From Adineta vaga (taxonomy: Eukaryota; Animalia; Rotifera), in NCBI GenBank assembly GCA_021613535.1, contig CP075493.1, positions 15,376,001 through 15,440,000 of the forward strand: a DNA stretch of 64,000 bases, given 5' to 3'. This document shows, in pieces, positions 38,232 to 49,055 of this stretch (positions are counted from its first letter, which is position 1; each line of letters starts with the position of its first letter). The translations under genes and the position numbers were made by a program. The notes beneath the pieces are model-generated. The model searched no databases. It was not told the origin of the DNA and saw only the letters and a program-made list of their open reading frames with translations.

Positions 38232-40193
38232 ATGAGTATTCAAGTCGTTCAACGTGTGCAAGTACCATCAGGTGCTGTCTCAACGACTCATTATATTCAG
38301 AATCGTGCACCACTTCAACCAGTTCCATTTCAAAAACTGCCACCGAATGCAGTGAAAGCCGCTGGCTGGTTACTTGGTCAATTAAAACTACAAATCAATG
38401 GGTTAAATGGAAAACTTTATGAAATATCCGATTATCTTGATTACAATAATTGTGGTTGGATTGATCCAACAAAAACAGCATGGGAAGAAATGCCGTATTG
38501 GTTGAGAGGTTTTGCTGAGCTTGGTTTTGTTACTGGAGATGTAGATACTTTGAGTACAGCTCACCATTGGATAGATGGAGTTTTAAGTAGTCAACAAGTT
38601 GATGGATGGTTTGGTCCAAATTATATGCGTACATCACTTGATGGTGTTCCTGATTTATGGCCCGCAATGTTATTTTCAAATATTTTTCGTTCATTATATG
38701 AATGTACAAATGATGCACGTATCATTCCATTTCTTTTGAAATGGTTTCAGTTTGTAGCTAAAGCTCCAGATGCTTCATTTACAAGTGGTTGGGGTGGTAC
38801 TCGATGGGCAGAAAATATCGATAATATTATTTGGTTGTATAATCGAACAACCGATACTGATTGGTTACTTGATTTAATGCACAGAATTCATAAAGTTTCA
38901 GTTGATTGGGTTCATACGATACCAACATTACATAATGTGAATTTTGCACAAGGATTTCGTGAACCAGCATTTTATTCACTTGTTGCTAATCCACCCGATC
39001 CTACTTTAGTTCAAGCTACTTACGAGAGATATCAAACTCTTGTTAATGATTATGGACAATTTCCAGGTGGAGGTGTTGCTGGAGATGAAATCTGTCGTCC
39101 CGGTTATGCCGATCCTCGACAAGGTCTTGAAACATGTGGCTTTGCTGAATTTATGCACAGTTTTCATATGCTTATGCGAGTTACGGGTGATGGTTATTGG
39201 ATTGATCGATGTGAAACAATAGGATTTAATTCTTTTCCAGCTGCATTCGATCCATTTGTTGCACGTGGAACACATTATATAACATGTGCAAATTCTGTTC
39301 AACTTGATGATCATAATAAACAGGATTTTTGTGATAATTGGTTTCCTTTACTTGCTTATAAACCAGGTGTTCATCAATATCGTTGTTGTACACATAATTA
39401 TGGTATTGGATGGCCATATTATACTGAAGAAGCATGGTTAGCAACATATGATGGTGGTCTATGTGCTTCACTCTATGTACCATGTCAAGTAACAGCATTT
39501 GTTGGTACAAATACTGAAACACAAATAACAATCATCGAAGAAACAAATTATCCATTTGATGAAAATATTAATTTTCGACTCCAGTTATCAATATCAACAC
39601 AATTTAAATTTTATTTACGTATACCAAATTGGTGTAATAAGGCACCAACAGTTTCGATTAATGGACGAATCGTATTTAATCAAAAAACACCAGATAATGG
39701 TTCATTTATTATTATTAATCGTCTGTGGGCCAATGATGATATTGTTACATTAACATTACCATTAGAATTAACAACAAAAACATGGTCAGCAAATAAAAAT
39801 TCGGTTTCTATTAATTATGGTGCTTTAACCTTTTCTTTGGCAATTGATGAACAATATAATCGTATTGGTGGTACAGATGATTGGCCAGAATATGAAGTTG
39901 TAGCAAAATCAAATTGGAATTATGGTTTACTTCTATCAAATAGAAATGAATGGAAAATAAAAAAACGAACAAAGAAAAATAATTCCGAAAATATATTTAC
40001 TCAAGAAAATATTCCACTGAATATTGAAGTTCGAGCCCGTCGTATACCAGAATGGGTAGTAGATGATGAGAATGTTGTGGGATTATTACCACAATCACCA
40101 GTTGCAAGTAAAGAAGTAGATGAAATGGTAACATTAGTCCCGATGGGTTCAGCACGACTTCGTATAACTGCATTTCCTGTTATTGGTCAATGA
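38232..40193 (+). CDS. Beta-L-arabinofuranosidase-like glycoside hydrolase (GH127/GH146), intronless
   Basis: GWL..QL, WEEMPYWLRG, HNVNFAQGFREP, ETC, CC.HNY..GWP, ETNYPF, LRIP.W and LVPMG.ARLRI motifs. Likely ATG at 38232 (the ORF opens at 38109). Confidence 0.9.
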   Translation: MSIQVVQRVQVPSGAVSTTHYIQNRAPLQPVPFQKLPPNAVKAAGWLLGQLKLQINGLNGKLYEISDYLDYNNCGWIDPTKTAWEEMPYWLRGFAELGFVTGDVDTLSTAHHWIDGVLSSQQVDGWFGPNYMRTSLDGVPDLWPAMLFSNIFRSLYECTNDARIIPFLLKWFQFVAKAPDASFTSGWGGTRWAENIDNIIWLYNRTTDTDWLLDLMHRIHKVSVDWVHTIPTLHNVNFAQGFREPAFYSLVANPPDPTLVQATYERYQTLVNDYGQFPGGGVAGDEICRPGYADPRQGLETCGFAEFMHSFHMLMRVTGDGYWIDRCETIGFNSFPAAFDPFVARGTHYITCANSVQLDDHNKQDFCDNWFPLLAYKPGVHQYRCCTHNYGIGWPYYTEEAWLATYDGGLCASLYVPCQVTAFVGTNTETQITIIEETNYPFDENINFRLQLSISTQFKFYLRIPNWCNKAPTVSINGRIVFNQKTPDNGSFIIINRLWANDDIVTLTLPLELTTKTWSANKNSVSINYGALTFSLAIDEQYNRIGGTDDWPEYEVVAKSNWNYGLLLSNRNEWKIKKRTKKNNSENIFTQENIPLNIEVRARRIPEWVVDDENVVGLLPQSPVASKEVDEMVTLVPMGSARLRITAFPVIGQ

Positions 40194-40451
40194 TTTATTC
40201 ATCTCTTTTATTCTTTTTTTAATTTTTAATTTATTCAATAATAAGGCTCTGATTTCTCTAATAAAGATTATCTTTGAAATTGATTAACGTCTTAGTCAAT
40301 AGACATTAGCATAGTTTGTTGCACAAGGTGATAATAATATTTATTTCTCTTGAATGAATAGAATATAAATTCTTTTTAAAATTGTATATCTTATCTAGAT
40401 AAATGGCCACATCTACCTTTATAAGTTCTTTCAGCCAATTTCATTTAGCTA

Positions 40452-40822
40452 TCTATCTTCTATATATATAAAGAAGAATGTTTGTTCTCTATGCATTCAG
40501 TCGCTGCCATAGCTACAGCTACCAAACCTTCCATGGTACTTACATAGGTACAGGGAAAGATAATAGAGGGATTGGCATAGTCAGCAAGGGTAGGTGGGGG
40601 GACGTGGGTGAAATTTCACCCAGGTGGTTCCGTGATAGCTAACGTCGCGAAACTTTTCATGGCAGTTCTCAAAGTCTAATGGAAATTCGAGAGGGAGTTA
40701 GCCACACCGATGGAAGGTTAGGAAAGGGTGCCTGGGTGAAATTTCACCCAAGTAGTTTTGTGATAGGTAAGGTCATTAAACTGCTCAAGACAGTTCCGTA
40801 TGTACAAGGAGAAGTGGAGAGA
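40452..40822 (+). mobile_element. 5' part of a non-autonomous Helitron-like element, truncated at a junction element
   Basis: Begins A|TCTATCTTCTATATATATAAAGAAG. Homologous to 60271-59990 on the minus strand. Internal repeat of about 127 bp containing the palindrome TGGGTGAAATTTCACCCA (40606, 40733). Confidence 0.7.
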
Positions 40823-40867
40823 TGGGTGTGGGTGTTTATTTTATACTCTCATCAACACCCACACTCA
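40823..40867 (+). repeat. Palindromic junction element, conserved-spacer subfamily
   Basis: TGGGTGTGGGTGTTTATTTTATACTCTCATCAACACCCACACTCA. An isolated right end ATACCCTCAAG lies near 41036-41046. Confidence 0.95.
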
Positions 40868-41348
40868 TTGCTTTAGACTTCGATTTTATACGGGTATATA
40901 TAACTATTTCATAAGACAGTTTTAGTAAGGTGTAAGAAAAATCAAAGCGTTTATTCTATGTTTATATTAACACCTTTGAATGGATAATTCAATAGAGATT
41001 GTTGCTTGTAGACAAATATAATAGACTCTGCAGCTATACCCTCAAGATTTGTATTTATTGAAGAGAACAGAACGAAAGATGAAGAGAATTGCGTACAAAT
41101 ATACACACAGTATATTCTTTCTTTCCTTCAAAACTAATCCACGTATGTAGAAGACTGACAATAAAGGTTATAAACGAATAATATTTCGTTCTATTCGAAA
41201 TAAAAGCTCGTTCAGTACACGAGATTTATTGATACGAAATGGTAAGGGTATTAAGTGTTTTTTAATCTCAGATGTCAAGAAATCTTGAAATAAAGACTCT
41301 TTCTCGAATATTTTTATATGATTTAACAAAGCTGATCTATCTCTAAAA

Positions 41349-42490
41349 ATGACAATGAAGTTAGTAATCTGCTTCTTAATTTCTATGGAAGTTATTGCTG
41401 ATGATCTTCTTATTGAAGTTGCCCAATCACCTGACTTTCAATGGAACGGTATTGCTATAACAAAGAACAACCGAATGTTTGCCTCATGTCCTCGCTTACT
41501 TGGTGATGTAACCCCTTCCGTAGTAGAAATATTGTCCAATAATGTTCTTTTACCGTTTCCTGGCGGCATATGGAATACATTCAATCCAATAACATCGATC
41601 GAAAACGTCGAAAATCGTTTTGTTAATGTAAATGCTGTTCTCACTGATTCGAACAACAATCTTTGGGTTGTTGATAACGGTGTCGTTGGAAATCAAACAT
41701 TCGTAAACGCTGCAAAACTTGTTAAGATTAATCTTCAAACAAATTCAGTCGAACGAATCTATTCAGTTTCAAGTCTGAATCCACCACAAGGATTTGCTTT
41801 AAATGATGTAAGAATCGGTTCTCGTTATGCTTTTCTAACTGAATCTGGACTCGGTTCAGTTGTTATTATTGATTTACAAACCAGTCAAGTACGTCGTGTT
41901 TTAGACAATCATCCATCAACTAAATTTGTCGAGCCAACTGTCGTTCGCATGGAAGGACGACCAATATTGGATGAGAAGGGTCAACCGAAAAAAATGCATA
42001 ATAATCAACTCGAACTATCATCTGACGAAAAAACTCTATTTTACAAACCATCTTTCAGTTATAATTGGTTTCAAATATCTACCAATGATTTAACAAATGA
42101 AACTATGTCTGAATCTGAACTTGAGAACAAAGTTATAACTAGTTGGAAAGCGATGCCCACTGGTGGAACAACAATGGACGATGTAGGGAATATTTACCTG
42201 ATGGATATAGAACGACAAACAGTATGGCAACAAAATTCTGCTAATGGATTGTGGAATTTACTTATACACGATGATAGAATCATATGGGGTGATGCATCCG
42301 ATGTAGGCGCTGATGGGTTTTATATATTCCAATAGCACAAATCAATCGCTTACCGAGTTCAAATAATGGTACAAATCAAATCAAAAAACCATTTCGTTTA
42401 TACAAAATTAAGATAAACTCAGTCTCTTCTCTCACCTTCAATATACCGATCCTCATTCTATTAATAATAGCTTCTCTTATTATTTCTTGA
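41349..42490 (+). CDS. Yellow/major royal jelly protein family, secreted, with a frameshift near 42320
   Basis: WNGIA, RMF.S.PR, LWVVDNG, KLVKINL and LNDVRI motifs. The expected C-terminus (YIPIAQINRLP...KPFRLYKI plus hydrophobic tail, TGA 42488-42490) is in another frame. Confidence 0.8.
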
Positions 42491-42859
42491 CATAATAAAC
42501 ATAAATTACATCCGATCCTAGGCGGTGGAACAAAATCATTCTAGAGTAAGCTCACTTTTGGAAACCAATCACATCGTATAGCTAGTTACACGTTAGTTTT
42601 TTTTTTGAAACCAGTAATCATCCAGACTATGTTACTGATTATAAGGACCATCAAAAATATAATAATTCCATACTACTTTATTCGTTTCAAACGAAATCAT
42701 GATACACTAACATCTCTACTCCTTGGTCGAATTATTTATGAGCCGAATATGGCATACAATATATATATATACATATTCCTGGAAAAAACAGAATTCCTTC
42801 AAATAACAGTGAAGCCAATGTCACAACAAAAATTTACGTATATTCTAATAAAAAAAGAA

Positions 42860-42961
42860 CGCTGCGAGTAGGATTCGAACCTACGCGGGAGAACCCATCT
42901 GATAACTATGTGTCATTTTCATGATTCTAGTCAGACGCCTTAACCACTCGGCCATCGCAGC
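42860..42961 (-). tRNA. tRNA-Ser(AGA) with a 21-nt intron (42904-42924)
   Basis: Acceptor stem GCTGCGA/TCGCAGC with G73. D arm GCCGAGTGGTTAAGGC. Anticodon stem TCTGA/TCAGA with loop CT-AGA-A[intron]A. Long variable arm GGG-TTCT-CCC. T arm GTAGG-TTCGAAT-CCTAC. Downstream T7 Pol III terminator. Confidence 0.92.
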
Positions 42962-43280
42962 ATGATGATTCAATACATATTTCTCTTCTCGTGGAGGAAA
43001 CGTTATAATTATGTGCCAAATATTTGATTTGAGAAAAAAGTGAAGATAAAAAAAAAGAAATATTCTTAATACACTTTTGTGAAATACGATCTGAAAGAAA
43101 GAGTTCAAAGGTAAAAGTTTGTACAAACTCCTCTTTCTCAGGCTGTCACTGACATCTTACTTAATTGAATAAATACTTGATTAACTCATAGGCTGAGACC
43201 AGCAATGCAATGACCCTTTCTATTCTATTATAGACTATGATTTCTGAAGAATCCCAAAGCAATATAGACGCAAAACTATA

Positions 43281-43330
43281 GAGGGTGTTGGTATAATTGT
43301 GCGTTAAAAAGAAATACACCCCCCCCCCTT
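43281..43330. repeat. Palindromic junction element (poly-C right arm)
   Basis: GAGGGTGTTGGTAT...ATACACCCCCCCCCCTT. Confidence 0.65.
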
Positions 43331-43437
43331 ATCTAATGAACATAATGAATATTTTAGATAATGATTAAAAATAAAGTAATAGATAGAAAAGTATTATTTG
43401 GATAGATACGTGAGCAACTTCGAACGTTTCTACTATA

Positions 43438-44043
43438 CTATAGTCCGAAAATAAGCAATAATAATGGACATAAAATTCCTTTAACTAAAGCTGCAAAGTA
43501 ACTTAAAAATGTATAATAACCATCGACTTCAAAATAACAATAAGAAAAATTGGATCCTATAGATATAATACGAGCAAATATTAATGTATGACTTGTTATT
43601 AATAACCAAAATAATGTGACTAACAAGATACTTAAATAAGCTAAACGAACAGTACTACGTTGTCTTGTACGAACATTTCGTGAAGTTAATAATATTCGAT
43701 CGATTGACGCTAAAATTAAATAAGATGAACCTAAGATATTGTATAAAAGTAGATTATAAAGACGAAAACGACAAAAGTTGAGATTGTAAGAACTTGGATC
43801 GATTTGATAACCAATGATTAATATATGGGGTAAAATGACAGTATAAATCATTATTAAACTAATTGTATTATATGCAATAAAATAGATTGAACAAGGATTT
43901 TTACGTAAATTATTCTTTGAAAAGACAATTAAACTTAATATACAACCGATTGTGCCAAAAATGATTTGAATTGGTCCACCATATTTATATAAATTTGTTT
44001 GAATTGTCAATAAATATTTAATGAAATCATATTCTGATGACAT
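43438..44043 (-). pseudogene. Rhodopsin-like GPCR truncated after TM5
   Basis: RKNPCSIYF and SIDR motifs; stops at PLLLLIFGL*. TM6-7 were not found before the 43281-43330 element. Confidence 0.75.
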
Positions 44044-44469
44044 TCTTTTAAACGATCTAACCAAAAAAAGAAATATAGAATGTAATTGGTCAAGAAAACC
44101 TTTCTTATATATAAATGAAAAACAAGTCAGATTATCATCAAATGAGAGATAATATATCATATCATTATTCTTCTTTTTTCTACCAAAACAAAGTATTTAG
44201 TACTACGAGACTTATATTTTTCTAACTTTGTAATTAACAAATTTAATACGCATGACATGAAGAAACAAAACTTCTAATTGAAAACTTTGAAAATTACTTT
44301 TTAGATTTCCATGACCAGTTTTAAATTATTGGGTAGAACTATCCCAATGTAGCTTATATCTTATAACAAGATGAAAAAAAGAATTTATTCTCTCGACTCT
44401 GTAATTTGACGAAAAATGTTTCATTTTCTAGATGATTTTCTAGTACATTGTTTTATTCAGTTCAATTGA

Positions 44470-44775
44470 AATTTGCAAAGGATTATTGCTAAACGATAGA
44501 TATCTGATGAAGTTAAAGTACGGCCATAAATATACAAAGAATGTCCATTGATGAGAAGATTAACAGTAAGAAGACCAGTAGAAGTCAAATTCCATAATAT
44601 AAGACAATTTTCTGTACCTGAAAAATCGAATTAATCGAAATAGAAGAAAGCACAAACATAATTTCTTACCATTAGTAAAATTAAATGGTTTAATCTACAC
44701 AGATATCATTAAGAGTAACATTGAGATAATTTGGATCAGAATCATGTCGAAATAAAAGTGTATCCAATGAAAACT
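44470..44775 (-). pseudogene. Decayed LamG/concanavalin-like domain fragment
   Basis: DSDPNYLN and LYIYGRTLTSSDIYRLA resemble LamG domain ends. One GT-AG intron remnant; stops present. Confidence 0.4.
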
Positions 44776-45964
44776 AACAAGAAAGAATTGTATTTAAATA
44801 AATTTCATACGATGTTTTATAACTCGATAACTGATAGTAAAATGATCAATAAAACCAAAAATTAATTGTAAATAGACGTGAATTTAATCGAATATGTACT
44901 GTCGGAAGAAGTTGTTTATTATTATAGATTAAATTAAACACTGAACCAATTCATTCAGGTACATAATTTGGCGTAAAATTTCCTTTTAATGTATTATTAT
45001 CAAATGAATAAAAGACAACGTGAGATAATGAGGAAATCGTGGAGAAAATAAATTCATTAAATATGAATTTTAATTGATAGAATATTTTGCATTGTCATAT
45101 TTTGAGAGAGATAAAAGGAGAAAAAGTAATCATAGAAGATGTCTTTTTCATTCTGAAAAATGGTTTATTTTTAAAAAAAGTACAAGCGTTATGCAGATGA
45201 CTTTGTTGAATAATTATCATATGAAGAAAACAGTTGGAAAATGAAAAAAAAACTTTCTTTTAAGAGAATTGATTAAAGTATATTCATATCGTCTATATTT
45301 TACTTTTGGTATGATAAACAAATGTTGAGTTACCATTTCATGATGCAAATAATCAATTAAATTAGAATTATTTTGACATCGTGTGAAAGAAGTCTTTGAT
45401 TACGAGATTTCAGTTTCGACGATAGTAATGCTACTAATATATTGATAGAACATTCATGAATATCATTTGTTTACGTGAATTATGTAGAGGAAATCAATAG
45501 CTGAGTCTGTCTTGGGAGTATTTATCTAAATTAAAACATGTTTAAGTATTCAGAATTGTGTACTCAGTTTATACGAGTTATTTTCTTTATTTTATGTAAT
45601 TCAACTGACATCAGCATGTATCTTTTGATCTTTCTTATTATATAAATCATCAAATTCAATCCAAGTATGTATTACCTTTTAAATCTGTCAGAACAAAACA
45701 TTGAATATAAACCTTCGGAATTTTATAATTACAAATTAATTATTCGTTAGTTGAGAGTAATTCAAGGATATTTCTTACAAACTTCGCTTACCTATGTTTA
45801 TGACAAGTAAAATAAATGATAAACTTTTTCCTGTCTTTTTATTACTTTCTTCAGATGTAAAATGTAATTTTTGATGATATAAAGAAATATTTATCAACAC
45901 ATTTTACACTTAGATTTTCTTATTACAGATTGATCATTGATTTTCAATTTATTTCCAGTAAATC

Positions 45965-46931
45965 ATGACATTATTATACGATGCACAACAATTTACTATC
46001 TATGTTGGTATTTTTCTTTTAATCACAGGTATAATTGGTAATGGAATTAATCTTTTGGTTTTTCTCAAAGCTCGTACATATCGTCGAACACCTTGTACAT
46101 TTTATTTTCTTATTAGTTCAATCGTCAACCTTTTCTACATACTATTGAATCTTACGACTCGAATTCTAAGTGTAAGTTATGGAATTGATTCAACTACAAC
46201 ATCAGATATTTGGTGTAAAATACGACAGTTTTTTCTTGTCACTCCTTCTTTATTGTCTATGACTCTTTCATGCTTAGCGGCAATAGATCAATTCTTAGTG
46301 ACATCAAGAAGTGTATATCTCCGGAATTGTAGTCGAATACAATGGGCATATCGAATTTCTATTACCGCCATCATATCTTGTTGTCTTCATGGAATACCGG
46401 TTCTTTTGTTTTATCAAATTTCACTTCCTGCTAAGATGTGTGTCAATATCAATGCAGGTTTTGCTATCTATATTTTATTCTATTTACTCGGTATCATGTG
46501 TGCAATACCAATTTCAATAATGATCCTCTGTGGATGGTTAACCTATCGAAATATTCACCAAGCAATACGTCTGACTGAATTAAAAGCTGATCGTCAATTG
46601 ATAAGAATGACATTAACACATGTAATACTTGCTGTTATTAGTCTACTTCCGTATGGTATTTATCAAAGCTATAGTGTTCTTACGAAGACTGTTAATAAAG
46701 ATTACGATCGTCAATCGAAAGAATATTTTGCTGGTACAATTCTTAGTATGCTCACATATCTATATTATATTGTATGTTGATTTCTTTTATTATTCAGAAA
46801 ATTTCACATATATCTTTCTAATTTTTTAGGGAAGTTGTTATACATTTCTGATTTCATCCAAACGTTTTCGTGAAAAAGTTAAAAATCAATTATTCTGGTG
46901 GCGACATCGAAATCAAATAAATTCGTATTGA
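45965..46931 (+). CDS. Rhodopsin-like GPCR, join(45965-46771,46830-46931)
   Basis: GIIGN, WCKIR and AIDQF motifs. The phase-0 intron leads into GSCYTFLISSKRFR. Confidence 0.9.
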
Positions 46932-47057
46932 TATTCAATAACGATTGTTCATTCATACACGCATCATAAACCAGAATAAACTAAGAAAAATAAGAAAGAA
47001 AGTTGATTGAATAAACAAAGATTATATTTCTAATTATTTATGAAATTTCATAATTAT

Positions 47058-48102
47058 TCAAATAGGACGACGTTGAATGTTACATATGGCTGTCAGAATA
47101 ATAGCAACAGCATCTTTAGTTTGTGCTAACAATTGTTTAATCGCCATCTTGAAAGTTTTACGATATAAAGACGATGCTAAAGTACTAACATAGAAGAATT
47201 TAACAAAATTAATATAGAAAATTTGATAACTGAAACGAAGTATGAAAACAATAATTGTAATTTGTTCTAAAGACATACTAAATATATTTTGTGCACTAAT
47301 GATAGAAAAACTATAACAAATTATCCATTGAATTGATAATAAATTAGTGACTAAGGCTTGTACAACAGTTACACGAATAAATTGATGATTCATTCGATTA
47401 GGTACTCTGATATTCTAAATAAAACCAAATATGAAAAATATTTACATATGAAAGAAGATTATTTACCACTCGTTGTCGACTACGCTTGATATTTCGAAAA
47501 AGAAATAAAACAAAAAATAAAAGAAGTAGTACTTGAATAACTGTACTTGTTATTACATAGAATATACTAGTTAATAAAGAATATGTAGTAATACAAAGTG
47601 ATATTGGTAATGGAGTAATATCATAGAAAATTAATGCTTGCATAGCAATCGATAAACTATAGAGTATTGCTAGTAAAATCATCCAAGGAACCAGTTTTAA
47701 CTGATTAATTTTACGCCATTTTGATGTTAAACTACATGAACAAGCATATCGATCAATAAGAGTAAGAATTAAGAAACTAATTGATAATTGAGGGAAAAAA
47801 GTACGTAATAACATAAGAAATTTACACATTGAAGATGATGTTGTATCATATGAAATTGTGTAACCAAGCAAGACAAGATAATCTGGTAAAAGATTAACAA
47901 GAAGCTCCAATTCATCGCTAATCGTATTACATAATGAATAGATTGAACAAGTATTTCTACGAATTGTTGGATGAAGAAATGTAAGACAATTACCAAGAAA
48001 TCCAATTGTACCCAAAATAAGAAGAACAAATGGAAAATGATTTAAAATCGATTGAATATTTGTTAATGTAGAAATTATTTCAGATTGATTATTGAATGAC
48101 AT
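47058..48102 (-). CDS. Rhodopsin-like GPCR, join(48102-47467,47414-47058)
   Basis: GFLGN, LIDRY and FYVSTLASSLYR motifs; phase-0 GT-AG intron. Confidence 0.85.
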
Positions 48103-49055
48103 GATTCTACGAAGAAAGAAATATTAACAAAAATATGTTTACTATCTAATGAAAAGAAATTTCATTTTGCTTGTGATTATCATCCATCAAAGGTTTTCTC
48201 GAAAAGTATCTCTATTAAATAATCGTAATGATTTCTGATAGAATTACGGTTAACTTTATTTGTTCATATAAGGTACTCATTTTTATATGTGTACTCTTCA
48301 ATCAACGGAAAAGTAAATATAGGATTATGAATACAAAGTTCAAAGTAGGGACAACGTGCAGAATATAACGCCTTTCACTAATTGCGTTACTCTTCCTGTA
48401 TGAAAATAAGATGATTTCCTGAGCGTCTACAATATTATAACTATATGAAGAAAGAAGAATAAATAGGGAAATTATAGGAGTTAGTGTCAACCCACATTGA
48501 CGTCAACGAGTATGTATATAGAAATAGAAAAAAAACACAAAGAAGAAGTGTCTTTCAGTACTAGATAAAAGCTAAACTTGTTATTTGTTGTAATATAATC
48601 TTTAACTAACTATAGTGTTCAAATTATTTCTTGATTTTTAAGTTTATGATGTGTTCACTCTGATTGTCAGTGAAGTCAATTGTATTTCTTGCATAGCGCG
48701 TATGGTCAAATTTCTCTATTCAATAAAAACAAATACGAATTGAAAGCTGAATTTGGTGGAATTTGTAACGTTCTCGCGTTATGAGGAATGCAATGAAAGA
48801 CTCTAACCTCCAATATAATCGTAGACTCGAAAGGTATCTCGAGAAATCTCACCATGATAAATCAAGCCTACCTTATAGCCAAATAAATAATGAATATGAA
48901 CGTGTTTATTGTGGGTAAACAAGGATAAAATCAGAAACAAGCAACACCGGTGAAAAAGAGAAAAACGAAAACAATAGCACGACAAAATAGAATTCATATA
49001 CCGAAACCACGGTCTATCTTAATTATGTAAATGTCAATCATTTCTATTCACACTT

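Noticed and set aside
40679-40876. Short ORFs ending in YSHQHPH-like peptides (also 36943-37185 and the end of 31843-32064)
   Set aside because: The shared peptide is just the translation of the conserved-spacer junction element, not a protein family.
42881-43126. 81-aa ORF overlapping the tRNA
   Set aside because: Its 3' part is simply the tRNA-Ser sequence read as codons.
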